From positions 310,001 to 374,000 of the forward strand of contig QPMI01000560.1 in the NCBI GenBank assembly GCA_004431415.1: 64,000 bases of DNA, written 5' to 3'. Both the position numbers and the translations under genes were made by a program. Under the pieces are notes generated by a model. That model was not told the origin of the DNA. It ran no database searches and saw only the letters and a list, made by a program, of their open reading frames with translations. Numbering within the stretch: the first letter of the stretch is position 1; each line of letters starts with the position of its first letter. The stretch comes from Cyanophora paradoxa CCMP329 (taxonomy: Eukaryota > Plantae > Glaucophyta). This document shows, in pieces, positions 42,758 through 54,500 of the stretch.

Positions 42758-42882
42758 CCGCGGCCCGCCGCTCCCCCGTCCCTCGCCCCCGGGCCCCTTG
42801 TGGCCCCGTCCTGTGTAAGTAAGTAAAGTCTTTTGTACAGCGGCCGGACTGCAGTGACGCCCACTCGGCAACTGCCCTACAG

Positions 42883-44955
42883 CTACGAGGCCTTCTTGAG
42901 GGCGGTCGGGGTGAGGGAGCGCTGCGAGACGGGGCCCTGCGGGGCGTGCCGCTTCTTGAGCAGCACCTGCGCGGGGGCGTGAGGGGCGGGAGAAGGCGGC
43001 GGCGAGGGGCGGGGGCGGGCCTGGATGGTGGTGTAGACGTTGCCGAAGGAGATGGCGAGGAAGGTGGCGGCGACGATCGGCACGTTGGGCTCCCGCAGGC
43101 CGTGCAGCCACGCGAGGTAGAAGCAGTAGAGGCCGTTCACCGCCGCGTACAGGTGCCCCGTGAACAGGAACGGCAGCAGCACGACCACTGCGCGCGAGCG
43201 GGGGCGTGGTGGGCGGGAGCAGTGCAGGGCAGGGGCTCGGGGGGAGCAGGGGGGTTTGCGCGCACTGTTGGGGGCCCACTGCATCTGGGCGGAGTCGGAG
43301 TTGGCGACGTCCATGATGTCCGCCTGGCCGAGGGCGCGGAGGGTGTAGAGGCGGGACATCTGGTACTTGGTCTGGAGGACCTGCACGAAGCCCGAGTAGA
43401 GGGTGTACAGGAAGAGCATCCCCCGGAACGACCGGTACGACTCCCTGCCCCGCCCGCAGGCATCGGGGCGGGGTCCAGGGAGGGGGCGGCCGGCGGGCGC
43501 ACGAGTCGGGCCACATGCAGATGGCGAAGACGCAGACGAGGGAGAGGTAGTGGTGCCTGCGCGGGCGCCGCTCGGCCCGGCCGTGCAGAGCAGCGGGGCG
43601 GGGCCAGGCGGGCGCGGCGCGCGCACCGGATCCACCAGGTCTTGATGTTCGACCCGTTCATCCGCTGCGGCGGGCGGGGCGGCGCGGCGCGTCGGCGCGG
43701 GGCCGGGCGGGCGGGGTCGGGGCCGGGCTCGAGCGGTGCAGGCGGGGCGCACGAGGATGTTCTCGCGGAGGGCGAGGGTGGAGTAGTAGTACACGAGGAA
43801 GATCTGGTACAGCATGTCTGCGGGGCCCTGGGTGAGGCCCGCGCGGAGCGGGGGAGGGGCGGGGCGGGGCGGGGACGGCGGGCACCGAGCCAGCGGTAGG
43901 AGGTGAAGAGGACGAGGACGTTGCAGAGGAGCCACCAGGGGGTCACCGTCGCCTTGAAGCGCTCGTACGCCTGCTTCACCTTCAGCCGCTCTCCGCGCTT
44001 GTCCAGCGTGATCTGCGCTGGCTTATGAGAGGGCCGCCGCCCGCCCGCCTGCGGGGCGCCCCGCGTGGACCCCCGCGCACCGTGACGTCGCCGATGAAGA
44101 GCTTCATGAATTTGCTGCGGGGCGGGGGCGCTCGGCTCGGGGGCGGGGCGGGGCGCGGCGCGGGGCGCGGCGCAGGGGACCGTGACGCACGACTCGCCCG
44201 TCGGGAACTTCGACTTCTGCGGATGGCGTCGGCGGGGCGAGCCGCTGACGAGGCCGGGGGAGCGGCGGGCGGGCCGGGGCGGGGCGCACCCACTCGCGGA
44301 TGAAGTGCTTGGCGTGCTCGTAGTCGTCGCGGTGCGGGGCGAAGTCCGTGTGCGAGAGCGCCCGCGCCGCCGGCCGCACCGACTTCCAGAAGTCATCCTC
44401 CACCTCCCGCACCTTCTCCCGCAGGAACTTCTGGTTCTGGTGGAGCCTGCGCCGCGCCAGCCCCGCAGTGAGACCTGGAATTGCGTGCACGCCAAGCGGC
44501 GGGGCCGGTGGCGCGGTCGCGACCACGACGCCCATCACCTGTTCAGCTCGACCTGCGCAGAACGAATTAGACCGCGGCCTCGGTGGGAGCGAGCGCTGGC
44601 GGCTCCCAATCGCCCGCAACTCTGGCTAAGGCGTCGCCGCGTACGCCGGACGCCGGGAGCGTCACAGACGCCGACATTGGCTCTACAGCACCAGCGACGC
44701 CAAGCGGCAGCGTACGTGATGCGCCGACGCGCCAGGATAGGCAGCGCGGCTAAGGCGTCGCCGGCCGCGGCTGGATGCGTACGGCGGCGGGCTTCGGAGC
44801 GAGCATACAAGCGTCGATCGCACCTCGTAGGACTTGATCTGCTTCTCGAGCGCGATTTGGTCGGTCTTGAACCGATCGAACTCCCGGTTGAAGCGCGCCA
44901 TAGGCGAGCCCCCCTGGCTGTTGTCCTCGCTACTGTGGCGTGAGTTCTCCGTCAT
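42883..44955 (-). CDS. TMEM120 family membrane protein
   Basis: N-terminal coiled coil; KQAYERFK; LVYYYSTLALRENIL|..NGSNIKTWWI; YQMSRLYTLRALG; GNVYTT. Confidence 0.88.
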
Positions 44956-45062
44956 TGCTGCGCGTTGCAGTGGTCGACCTCGAGGCGACGACGAGGGTAT
45001 TGTCCGCTGTACCCGTCGCCAGCCGCTCAGCGCTCGACCCGCTCATCTAGATCCGCGCCACA

Positions 45063-46413
45063 ATGAGCAGGCCGGAGGAGATTGGACCGCCGGAGATCGT
45101 GCGCAGCTCCCCGCTCCGCCGCACCCGATCGCGCCGCCAGCTGAGCTTGCCCGCGCCCGCCGCAGTTCTACAATGAGACGGAGGCTAAGAAATACACAAC
45201 AAAGTGCGCAAGCGATGCCGCGCGCTGCGCTTGCGGCGCTGACGGCCGCGCCCGCCCGCCGGCAGCTCTCGCATACAGGAGATCCAAGCGAGGATGACGA
45301 ACCGCGCGCTGGAGCTCCTGAACTTGCCGCCGGACCAGCCAAGCCTCGTTCTCGACATAGGATGCGGCTCTGGGCTCAGCGGGGACGTTCTTGCGGAGAA
45401 CGGTCACACGTGGGTCGGGATCGATATATCGAAGCCGATGCTCGGTGCGCGGGGCGGCGCGGGGCGGGGCGGCGCGGCGCGGCGCGGGGCTGAGGCGCGG
45501 CGCGGCGCAGAAGTCGCCGTGGAGCGCGAGGTGGACGGCGACCTGTTCCTCTGGGACATGGGCGAGGGCCTCAGCTTCCGCACGGGCGTCTTCGACGGCG
45601 CGATAAGGCGCGCCGCCGCCCCCGCCACGCCCCCGCGGCCTTAGCTACGGCTCACGCGGGGGCGCAGCATATCGGCGCTGCAGTGGCTGTGCAACGCGGA
45701 CAAGAAGGGCCACGAGCCGCACAAGCGGCTCCGCCTCTTCTTCAACACCCTCTACAAGTGCCTCGCCCGCGGCGCCCGCGCCGTTCTGCAGGCGCGACCT
45801 CCCTCCCCGCTAGCGCTCCGCTCCGCGCGCCGGGCGGGCAGGCGAGCGGGCAGGGGCGCGGCAGGTGTACCCGAACGGGCCGGATCAGATGAACATGATC
45901 ACGACGGCGGCGATGCGCTGCGGCTTCTCCGGCGGCCTCGTCGTCGACTACCCCAACTCCACCCGCGCCAAGAAGTGCGCCCCGCCCCGCCCCGCCCCGC
46001 CCCCGCCCCGCCCCGCCCCTTGTCTCTGACGCGCGGGGCAGGTTCTTCCTGTGCCTGTTCGCGGGGTCGGCGACGACGGACGGGAGGGTGGAGATGCCGA
46101 AGGCGAAGGGCGTGGACGGCGAGGGCTCGGACAGCGACGAGGAGGAAGAGGAGGAGGAGGGGCCCCGCCAGGCCCGCTTCGAGAACCGCGCCAAGTCCGG
46201 CCCCCGCCCCGCCCCGCCCCGCCCCGCCCCGCGCGCTCCGGCCGAGCGCGGCGCAGGGGGGGGAAGAGCCACTACAAGACGAAGGAGGGGAAGCGGGCGT
46301 CGGTGAAGAGCAGGGACTGGGTCCTCAACAAGAAGGAGCGCCAGCGCACGCAGGGCAAGCACGTCCGCCCCGACTCCAAGTACACCGGCCGCAAGCGCCA
46401 GGGCGCCTTCTAG
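45063..46413 (+). CDS. BUD23: 18S rRNA guanine-N7 methyltransferase
   Basis: [12 protein letters not shown]|[55 protein letters not shown]. Confidence 0.96.
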
Positions 46414-46512
46414 GCCGCGCCCCCCCGTCCCCTCGCCCTGCCCTAGGCCTCCATTCCGCCGCTCTGCACCCTCCGCCCCGCCTCCCCGACCCCGTCCTTT
46501 GCGTTTCGCTCT

Positions 46513-47175
46513 TCAAGTCGAACTGCAGACACTGCAGGAGTTATGGCCGCTCTGGCACAGAGCTGCTTCTACGCTACAGTAGCTCAGCTTGACGGACGTG
46601 AGCGGGGTGCCATCGTGGAGCGGCCGGGGGGGCAGCGACATGAACAGGGCTAGTCGAGGCGCGCATCGGGGCGCGCGGTGTCGGCACGAGCTGGGGCGAT
46701 CGCTCGACCGAGGAGATGTGCTGAATGCGCTAGCCTTCCCGCCCGCGTCAGGGGGGCTTGTGCGTTCGCAGCAGCTGCGAGAGGGACTGGAGCTGGTCGA
46801 TCATGGCTTTCATCTGCTGGTTCTTCTCCGCGCATTCCTGGAGCAGCGAGTCAGACGAAGGTAGCTAGCGCACGACGCTCTCACGCGCACCTTGCGCAAC
46901 GCGTCCCGGTGCGCCACGAGCTTCGAGAGCTCGGCGCGGCTCATGTCGTCCATCTGCGAGTCCAGGATTCGTTGCTGCGCGTCTGCTTCCTTGACTATCG
47001 CCAGGAGCTTTCGGTATGCGTCCGCGTACTGCTCCTGCGCCCGCTTGGCGCGCTGGAGCACCTCGGGCGCGGTGGCTTCCCGCTGGAACATGTCCACCTC
47101 CTCCAGCGCTCCGAAGAGCTCGCGCGCCGCGACGAGCAGCGCCCGCACGGCGGGCACGTTCCGCTCGCTTGTCAT
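46513..47175 (-). CDS. Small coiled-coil protein, Mediator subunit MED30-like
   Basis: RDALRK|[19 protein letters not shown] resembles the MED30 C-terminal motif; 3' end uncertain. Confidence 0.5.
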
Positions 47176-47465
47176 CGAAACCTCTGCAGCGGGCTTCACT
47201 CCGAACTACCCCTCGTGCGCTGAAGGAGCTCGGGAACTCGACAGAGGTCGGCGGCGGTGCTCGGGAAGCCGGGGCGGATGGGGGAACCTTTCGTGGGCGG
47301 GTACACTCGAAAACAAGACACCACATTCCGGCATCCGCGAGGCTCGTTGTAGCATCGGAGGAATGAGGAGAGAAGTTAGAGGCTACAGCTGAGGCCGGAC
47401 TCAACAGCGAGCCCTCGGCCTCAACACGCTGAGTCTGAGGCTGCCGTCCTGTGCGCGGCACCGCC

Positions 47466-50400
47466 ATGGGGCTCGTCAGCTACCTGCCGCCTGTGCGGGG
47501 CATCATCCTGCCGGACGCCAAGGTGCGCTGCCCCGGTCCTCTTTTTAGATCTAGCCCGGCGCCAAGCCGGCGCGCCCGCGGTCCATCTTGCGGCGTTGCC
47601 ACTAATGAAAGCAATCGCTCCGAGCTCCCGGCGCCGAATCGGCCCGGCAACCTGCCGGGCCAGCTCGAGGCCGCCGCCCGGCTCATCGTGGCATTCCCTC
47701 GGCAGCTCTCGGACCGACCGCGGCAGCTGCGGCGAGCGAAAAGTGAAGGGGTGCTGGCGACTTTGCACATCGACACGCTGCTGCACCGCTCGGCGCGGCT
47801 GGTGCGGGGCCGGGCGCGGGCGCGGGGCGAGACGCGGGGGTCCGGGGCGAGCGCGCGGCGCGGCGAATCTGCCTTCTGGGACTACGTGGAGGAGAAGCGG
47901 CGGGAGGAGCTGCGGGCGCTCGCCGAGGCGCAGGCGGCAGCGGAGCGGGCGGCGGAGGAGGAGGAGGAGAGCTGGCCGAGCGGCGAGGAGGGCGAGGCGA
48001 CGGCGCTGCGGCGCATGCCGAACCTCGCGCCGCTCCCCAGCGTGGCCATCGCCGGCGCGGGGGCCGCCCCCGAGGCCGACGCGCCGCCCTCCCCGCGGCG
48101 CCGCGCCCTCGAGAGCCGCCTGCGGAGGCACCGCGAGTGGGCGCGCGGCAAGGCGGCGGCGGCGCGGGCGGCGCTGCCGCTGGCCCCGCTGAACCCGACG
48201 GGGGAGGAGGAGGCGGAGGAGGCGGGCCCTCCCCCCGACGAGAGGCGCCGCGACTTCTGGGTGCACAAGTTCGCCGGGTCCGCCCCGCCCCGCCCCGCCC
48301 CGCCCCGCCCCGCCCCGCCCCGCCCCGCCCCGGCGAGCGGGGGGGGCAGGTACGAGCTGATCGCGGAGGGCCTGCCGGAGGACGAGGGCGTGGTGGACTC
48401 CTTCCTGCACGCGGGGCGCCCCGGCCCGGCGCTGCCCCGCGGGGCGCACCGGCCCTCCCTCCCCGTCCTCCCCGTCCTCGTGCCCCCCGCCCTCCTCCCC
48501 GGGGACGCAGCCCGGGCCCTCAGCCGGCAGCGCGAGCTCGTGCGGGAGCTCGCGGCGGGGCGCCTGCCGCCCCGCGTCGACCCCGCCGACCTCGCCTACG
48601 ACGCCTCCGTCTTCTCCCACCCGCTCCTCGCCCCGCACGGCCTCGATCTCGCCGCCGGCCCGCCCCCGCTCGCCCTGCCCCTGCCCCCGGCCCAGGCGGG
48701 GGAGGACGCGTTGAACGAGAGCGGGGCGCTGCTGCTGGGGACGGGCACGGCGCGCTCAGAGGGCCCCGAGGCGGCGACGGCGCGGGCGTCGGCGCCGGGG
48801 AGCAAGGAGGAGCTGGACGAGGAGGGCTTCCCCTCCGCCGACTTCGCGGAGTCGTGGGAGGGGGTCCTCTCGAACCTCTCGGGGGACCTCCTCCGCCGCG
48901 TCCAGCAGGAGGCCCTCAGGGACCGCCTCGCCAGGAACCTCCGCCGCCTCCTCCACCGCCACTACCGTCCGCCCCGCCCCGCCCCGCCCCGCGCCTGGGC
49001 CCCTCGCCCGACGCCCCGCCCCGCGCCTCAGAGCGGCTGCGGGAAGTCTTCGCCTTCTACGCCGTCCTCCACGACGGCGCCGACGCCGAGGTCCGCCCCC
49101 CGCCTCGCTTGGAATCACCAACACGAGTCCCTTCGGTGCTGGCTTCCAGCCGCGGCTGAGGCGGCGGGGCCGGGGCGCAGGACGACGGCGGCATCGCGCG
49201 CGGGCTGCTCAACGCCAAGGACGCCCCCCGGGCGCGCCCTGCCTCGCCGCGCGCGCGGGCCCCGAAGGCCCCGCGCCCCGCGCCGGGTCGGAGCGGCGCG
49301 GCTCTGTGGCGGGCCCGGGGCAGGTCGGGCACGAGCGGCGGACGTCGCTCACGGGGCAGGCGCCCCACGCGGGGGCGCGGCGGCCGTCCCTCTCCGTGCC
49401 TCCGCCGGGGCCTGCGGAGCGGCGGGGCTCGCTGGGCGGGCAGCCGCCCTCCTCGAGCCGCCGGGCCTCGCTCACGGGGCGCCGGCCCTCGCTCTCGCCC
49501 GCGCCCGAGGCCGCCCCCGCGCCGGCCCCCGCGCCGCCGCCCCCGCCCCCGCCGGCGCACACGGAGGAGGAGGAGGCGATGTACTTCGCGTCGACGGTGA
49601 ACAAGGCGGAGATGCGCTCCTTCATGCGCGACTGCCGCATCCCCGTCGTCTCCCTCGGCCTCCTCGACGCCATCAGCGCGCCCCGCCCCGCCCGCCCCGC
49701 CCCGCCCCGCCCCGGCTTAGGCCCCGCCTGAGGGGGCGCGGCTCGTGCAGTGGTGCAGGCGGCGCGGGTCTATTTTGACGACGGGAGCCTCGCCCGCGAC
49801 GCCAACCCCGCCACCGTCCGCCCTCCCCCGCCCCGCCCCGCCCCCCCCCCCTCGCTGAGCCGCCGGCGCCGCCAGGTGGAGCTCTTCCTGCACGAGTGGC
49901 TGGCGGCGCTGGTGCGGCTCGGGGAGGCGGCCTACGGGCGCACCGTGCACGCCGGCCTCGTCGAGCGCACCCGCAAGCTCCTCGAGGCCGACGTCCTCCC
50001 CCGAGCCCGCAAGGCCCGCCCCGAGGCCCCTCACCCCCTCCCTCCCGTGCCGACCGCCTATGCAGTGGGGGGACAAGCGGAGCGTGCGGGAGGAGATCGA
50101 GCAGCCGGCGGTGCGCCGGCTGCTGGGGCAGCACCGCTCCCTCATCCAGCGCCTCTACGCCAAGTACGCCGCCTCCGAGACCTCCGAGCCCGGCGACGCC
50201 ACCACCCTCGGTCCCCGCCCCCGCCCCCGCCCCGCCCCGCCCCGCTTGACGGGCGGGCGGGGGCGCAGACACGATCAACCCGCGGGAGTTCGGGGCCTTC
50301 CTGCGGGACAGCGGCCTCTGGGCCGGCGAGGCCGCCGCCCGCGCCGCCTTCGCCGCCTCCCTCCGCCACCTCGACGAGGCCGCCGCGGGGCCATCCGGGC

Positions 50401-50966
50401 GGCGTGGGTCGGTGCTGGCGGGGCCGGGGCCGGGCGGGGTGGCGGGGCGGCGGGCGTCGCTGCTGGCGATCGGGCGGTCGGCGTCGGCGGCGTTCGGGGA
50501 GGAGATGACCTTCCCTGAGTTCGAGGAGGCCCTCTGCCGCGTCGCCCTCGACCGGTGCCCCGCCCCGCCCCTCCCCGCCCCTCCGCTTCCCTGCGCCGTC
50601 TCCGACTCGGCTTCTTCTCCGCAGGTTCGCGCTGCCGGCGGTGCGGGAGGCGCCGTCGGCGCGGGACCTCGCCGCCGCCCTCCGCGCCCTCTTCGAGCGC
50701 CTCTCCGCCGCCATCCACGCCGGCCCGCCGCCGCCGCCGCCGCCGCCTCGGGCTCGGGCTCGGGCTCTTGGGGCGGGGCGCGCGCGCGGCAGAACTCGGT
50801 GGTCGCCCCGCGGGGCCCCCGCCACTCCGACTCGCCCCTCGGCCTGCCCCGCGCCGCCTCCGCCCTCGGGCCCCTCCCCGAGGCCCACGTCGCGCCGCGC
50901 CCCGACGCCGAGCCGCCCCCGGACCCCGGCGGCGGGCTCACCCTCGCCCTGCCCCACCCCGCCTGA
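47466..50966 (+). CDS. Uncharacterised protein with EF-hand-like helical modules (possibly flagellar)
   Basis: Spliced exons LREVFAFYA, EMRSFMRDC, LFLHEWLAALVRLG, INPREFGAFLRDSGL, EMTFPEFEEALCRVA. Confidence 0.55.
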
Positions 50967-51127
50967 CGCCCAACTGGGCGGCTATTTCAGCTTGTAGCCT
51001 GTGAAATTTGGATCAAAACTGTTGTTTATGTATACTTTGAGCCTTTTATTCTAGCTCGAGCTTGATCTTGAAGGCTTGCAAATTGAGCTCATATGCATGA
51101 TCAGACCAGTTGGTGGTAAGTTATTCA

Positions 51128-51129
<2 letters not shown>

Positions 51130-51158
<29 letters not shown>

Positions 51159-51172
51159 CACCACCACCACCA
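51130..51172. repeat. Poly-C (30 nt) followed by (CCA)n
   Basis: Intergenic homopolymer plus triplet microsatellite. Confidence 0.9.
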
Positions 51173-51513
51173 ATCGGCCAAAGCCTGGGGTTGACAACTT
51201 GACATTACAGGCAATTTGCAGCATCGGATCGGAGGCGGACTCCGCCGACTTGGGAGTCGGGACTCCGAGGCTCGGGAGGCGGTCGCGAGCGGCGAGCCTC
51301 GCCGCGCTTCTTAGGCATCCACTTCCGGGGGTCGAGTTAGGGTCCGGAGGTTGACACAGCTGACGTCGACGTCGGAGGCGCCGGCGCCGCGCTTCTTAGG
51401 CCTCTCCCGGGTCCGCGATGGTCGTCGTAGTCTAGCTTTACGCATACGGGGTGCAAGACTGCAACGCCCGCCCCGAGCTGGTGCCGTCACGGCGCGGCGG
51501 GGCGCCAGCCGCA

Positions 51514-54500
51514 ATGGCGTCTGCCATTTCGGACCCCGAAGAAGACGAGGAGGAGCGGCGGGATGATGTCGCTCTTTCCTTCGTCCCGGATGACGTCGTG
51601 CAGCGCTATGTGCTGGCCGGCGACGACGGCGCCCCTGACGCCGCTGCCGGCGAGGAGCGCGAGGTGCGCACGCAAAGCCCGCGACGCACATCCGCCGCCT
51701 TCGGGCTTCTCAGCGACGCCGCCCAGGCCCAGGGCGCCGCCCTCTTTGTGGACGCAGTGGGGTGCTCCCGCGCGCCCGGCGCCAGCGCCGCACGCGCCGG
51801 CGCCGAAGCAGCGGTTCACGCTCGCAGGTTCACGGCGCTGTCGGAGCAGCGGACGCCCGAGGAGCTCGCCCTCGTCATCAACCGCCTCTTCGGCCGCCTC
51901 ATCACCGTGCGCCCGCCCCGCCCCGCCCCGCCCCGCCCCGCCCCGCCCCGCGCCCCGCGCCGACGCCGCCCGGCCGGCGCACGCACAGACCGTCCACGCT
52001 CACGGAGGGGTGCCCTCCCGCCCTCCCGCTGCGCTGCCGCTCCGCGGCGGCGGGGCGCGGGCCCCTCTGACCCTCTGCGCCCCTCCCCCCGCGCCCAGGA
52101 CGTCGTGAAGTTCCTGGGCGTGCGCCCGCAGCCGCGGCGGGGCCCCGGCTCGCTCGCGCTGACCGGCGCGCCAGGACGCGCTGCTGTGCACCTTCCTGGG
52201 CCCGCCCGAGCAGGCGGCGCTGCAGGCCGTCGCCTGCGCCGGGGCCCTCCACAGCGACCCGCCCCCGGCCTCCAGCCTCTCGGAGGGGGGGAAGCTGAAG
52301 GGGGAGAACCGCCGCGGCTCTGACCCGTGGTCGTTCTCGCTGGCGAGGTGGCGCGCCTCGGCGGGGTCGGACCCGGCGGCGGCGGCGGCGCTGGCGTCCC
52401 TCCCCACGCTGCCCGTCAAGGTCGGCGTCGGAGCCGGCCGCCTCGTCAGGCGCGCCGCCCGCCGCCGCCGCCTCCCGCGCGCGCCGGGCCGGGGCCCCTC
52501 TCACCGCCGCGCAGCGCCCACGTCGGAGGCTACGGCGGCCGCTGGTGGGCCCCCGCTGCCTCCCCGCCCGCCCCTCGCCCCGCTCCCTCACCCCGGCCCA
52601 GGGAGTTCCTCACCATGGGCCCTGCCGTCGACGCCAGCCTCGCCGCCGCCGCCGCCGCCGCCCCGGGACAGACGCTCCTCGCCCCCTCGGCGCGCCCCGC
52701 CCTGCGGCCGCTGGCGCTGCCAGCGTGACCACCCCCCTCCGCCCCGCAGGTCTTCCACCTTCTTCCCGCGGGCGCCTGCCGGGTCGGGCCCGCCATGGAG
52801 CCGTTCCGCGCTCTGGCGGGGCCGGCGCCCCCCGCCCGCGGCCCCGGCCGCCCGGCTGGCGCCGCGGGCAGGAGCTGCGCGCGGCGAGCCCGCGGGCCCG
52901 CCGGCGCGTGCGGGCCGCCCTCGAGGCGTACGTCACCGCGCCTCAGGTGCGCGCGCCTCGCGCCGCGGGGGCGGCGGAACGCGAGCAGGGCCGGGCGGCA
53001 GGTGCTGCGGCGGCTCTACCAGGGCCAGTCGGAGCTGCTCCTCGCTGAGAACCGAACCGTTTCCGTCCTCTTCCTCTGTGCGCCCCTCCCCCCGCCTCCC
53101 CACGCAGCTCGCGCGCGCCCGCAGCTGGAGCGCGCGCGCAGCCCTGCACGGCCTGGAGAAGAGGAAGGCGGGGGCGGAGCGTCGCAGGCTCCCCGCGCTG
53201 CCGGGCGCCGTGGAGGCGGAGGCGGCGGGAGCGGGAGCGGGGCCTCTCGTCGCCTCGCTGCACGCTGCGGTGCGGGGCCGAGCTCGCTGGCCGGGTTCGG
53301 GTCCCTGAGGCGCCGGCGCCGGGCGCGCGCAGGTGCGGATCGTGCAGGGCGTGCTGGCCGAGCAGGAGGGGGCCCTGCGGCAGGCGAGCGGGCGCCGCCC
53401 CGTCCCGCGCCGCGCCGCGCTGCGGGTCTCAGCGGGGCGGGCGTGGGGCAGGTGGCGGCGGACGACAAGGGGCGCGTCATCCTCGCCGCCTTCGGCATCC
53501 CGGGGGCGGCGCACGGCTACGCCGACGACGCCGCCCGCGCCGTCGAGGCCGCTCTCCAGGCCCGCCCCCGCCCCCGCCCCCGCCCGCCCGCGCGTGACGG
53601 CTGCGCGGCCGGCAGGCGCAGCGCCTGCTCGGGGGCGAATCTATGGAGTGCGCCGCCGGCGTCGCGACAGGTGCGCGCCGCCTCCGGTGGTCTGCGCCCC
53701 TGGGAGTCTTGACGGGCTGTCAGGGCGGGTCTTCTGCGGCCTCGTCGGGGTGACCGAAACGCCCCTCGTGCTCGTGGAGCAGCCCGGGGGCAACTTCGCG
53801 CGCAGGACACTTCGGCGGTGCTGCGCGCAGAGTACGCCTGCATCGGCTCCGTCGTCAACAAGGCCGCGCGGTGCGCCCCGCCCCGGGCCTCGGCCGCGGC
53901 GCCTCGGCCGCCTCGGCTGATGACGGGGGCGGGTGGGCAGGCTGATGGCGGCGGCGAAGAAGGCGCGGGAGGTGCTGGTGGACGAGGCCACGTTCGCCGC
54001 CACCGACGCGTCCGCCCCCCCGCCCGCCCGCGCGCTCCGCGCCGGCCCCGCCCCGGGCGACCCCGCCGGCAGCCGCTTCGCCTACCGCGCCGCCCCGCCG
54101 CTCGCGCTCAAGGGCTACAGCGAGCCCGTCAAGGCGCCCCTCCCCGCCCCTCTGCCCCCGGAGCGGCGGGGTGCCGCCCGGCACGACGCGCGCGCGCAGG
54201 CGTATCGGCCGTCGGCGAGGGCCGCCGAGGGGAGCGGGCGGTCGCGCGCGCCAGAGGCGGCGCCCCGGCGGGCCCCGGCGGGCGTGCTTCCCCTCCGCGG
54301 CCGCGAGAGAGAGGTGCGGGGCGGGGGCGGGGCCGGCGCGCGGGGCGCGAGGCGACGTGCGGGGGCCCGGGCACGGGCAGCTGGCGGAGGCGCTCGAGGC
54401 GCTCAAAGAGGCGGCAGAGGCGGGCGCCAGCTGCGCCATCTCCGTCCACGCCGAGGCCGGCATGGGTCCGCCCCGCCGGCCCCGCCCCGCCTGCCCCGCG

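Noticed and set aside
51130-51159. Poly-C as a functional element
   Set aside because: Homopolymer length is unreliable in assemblies and there is no supporting structure.
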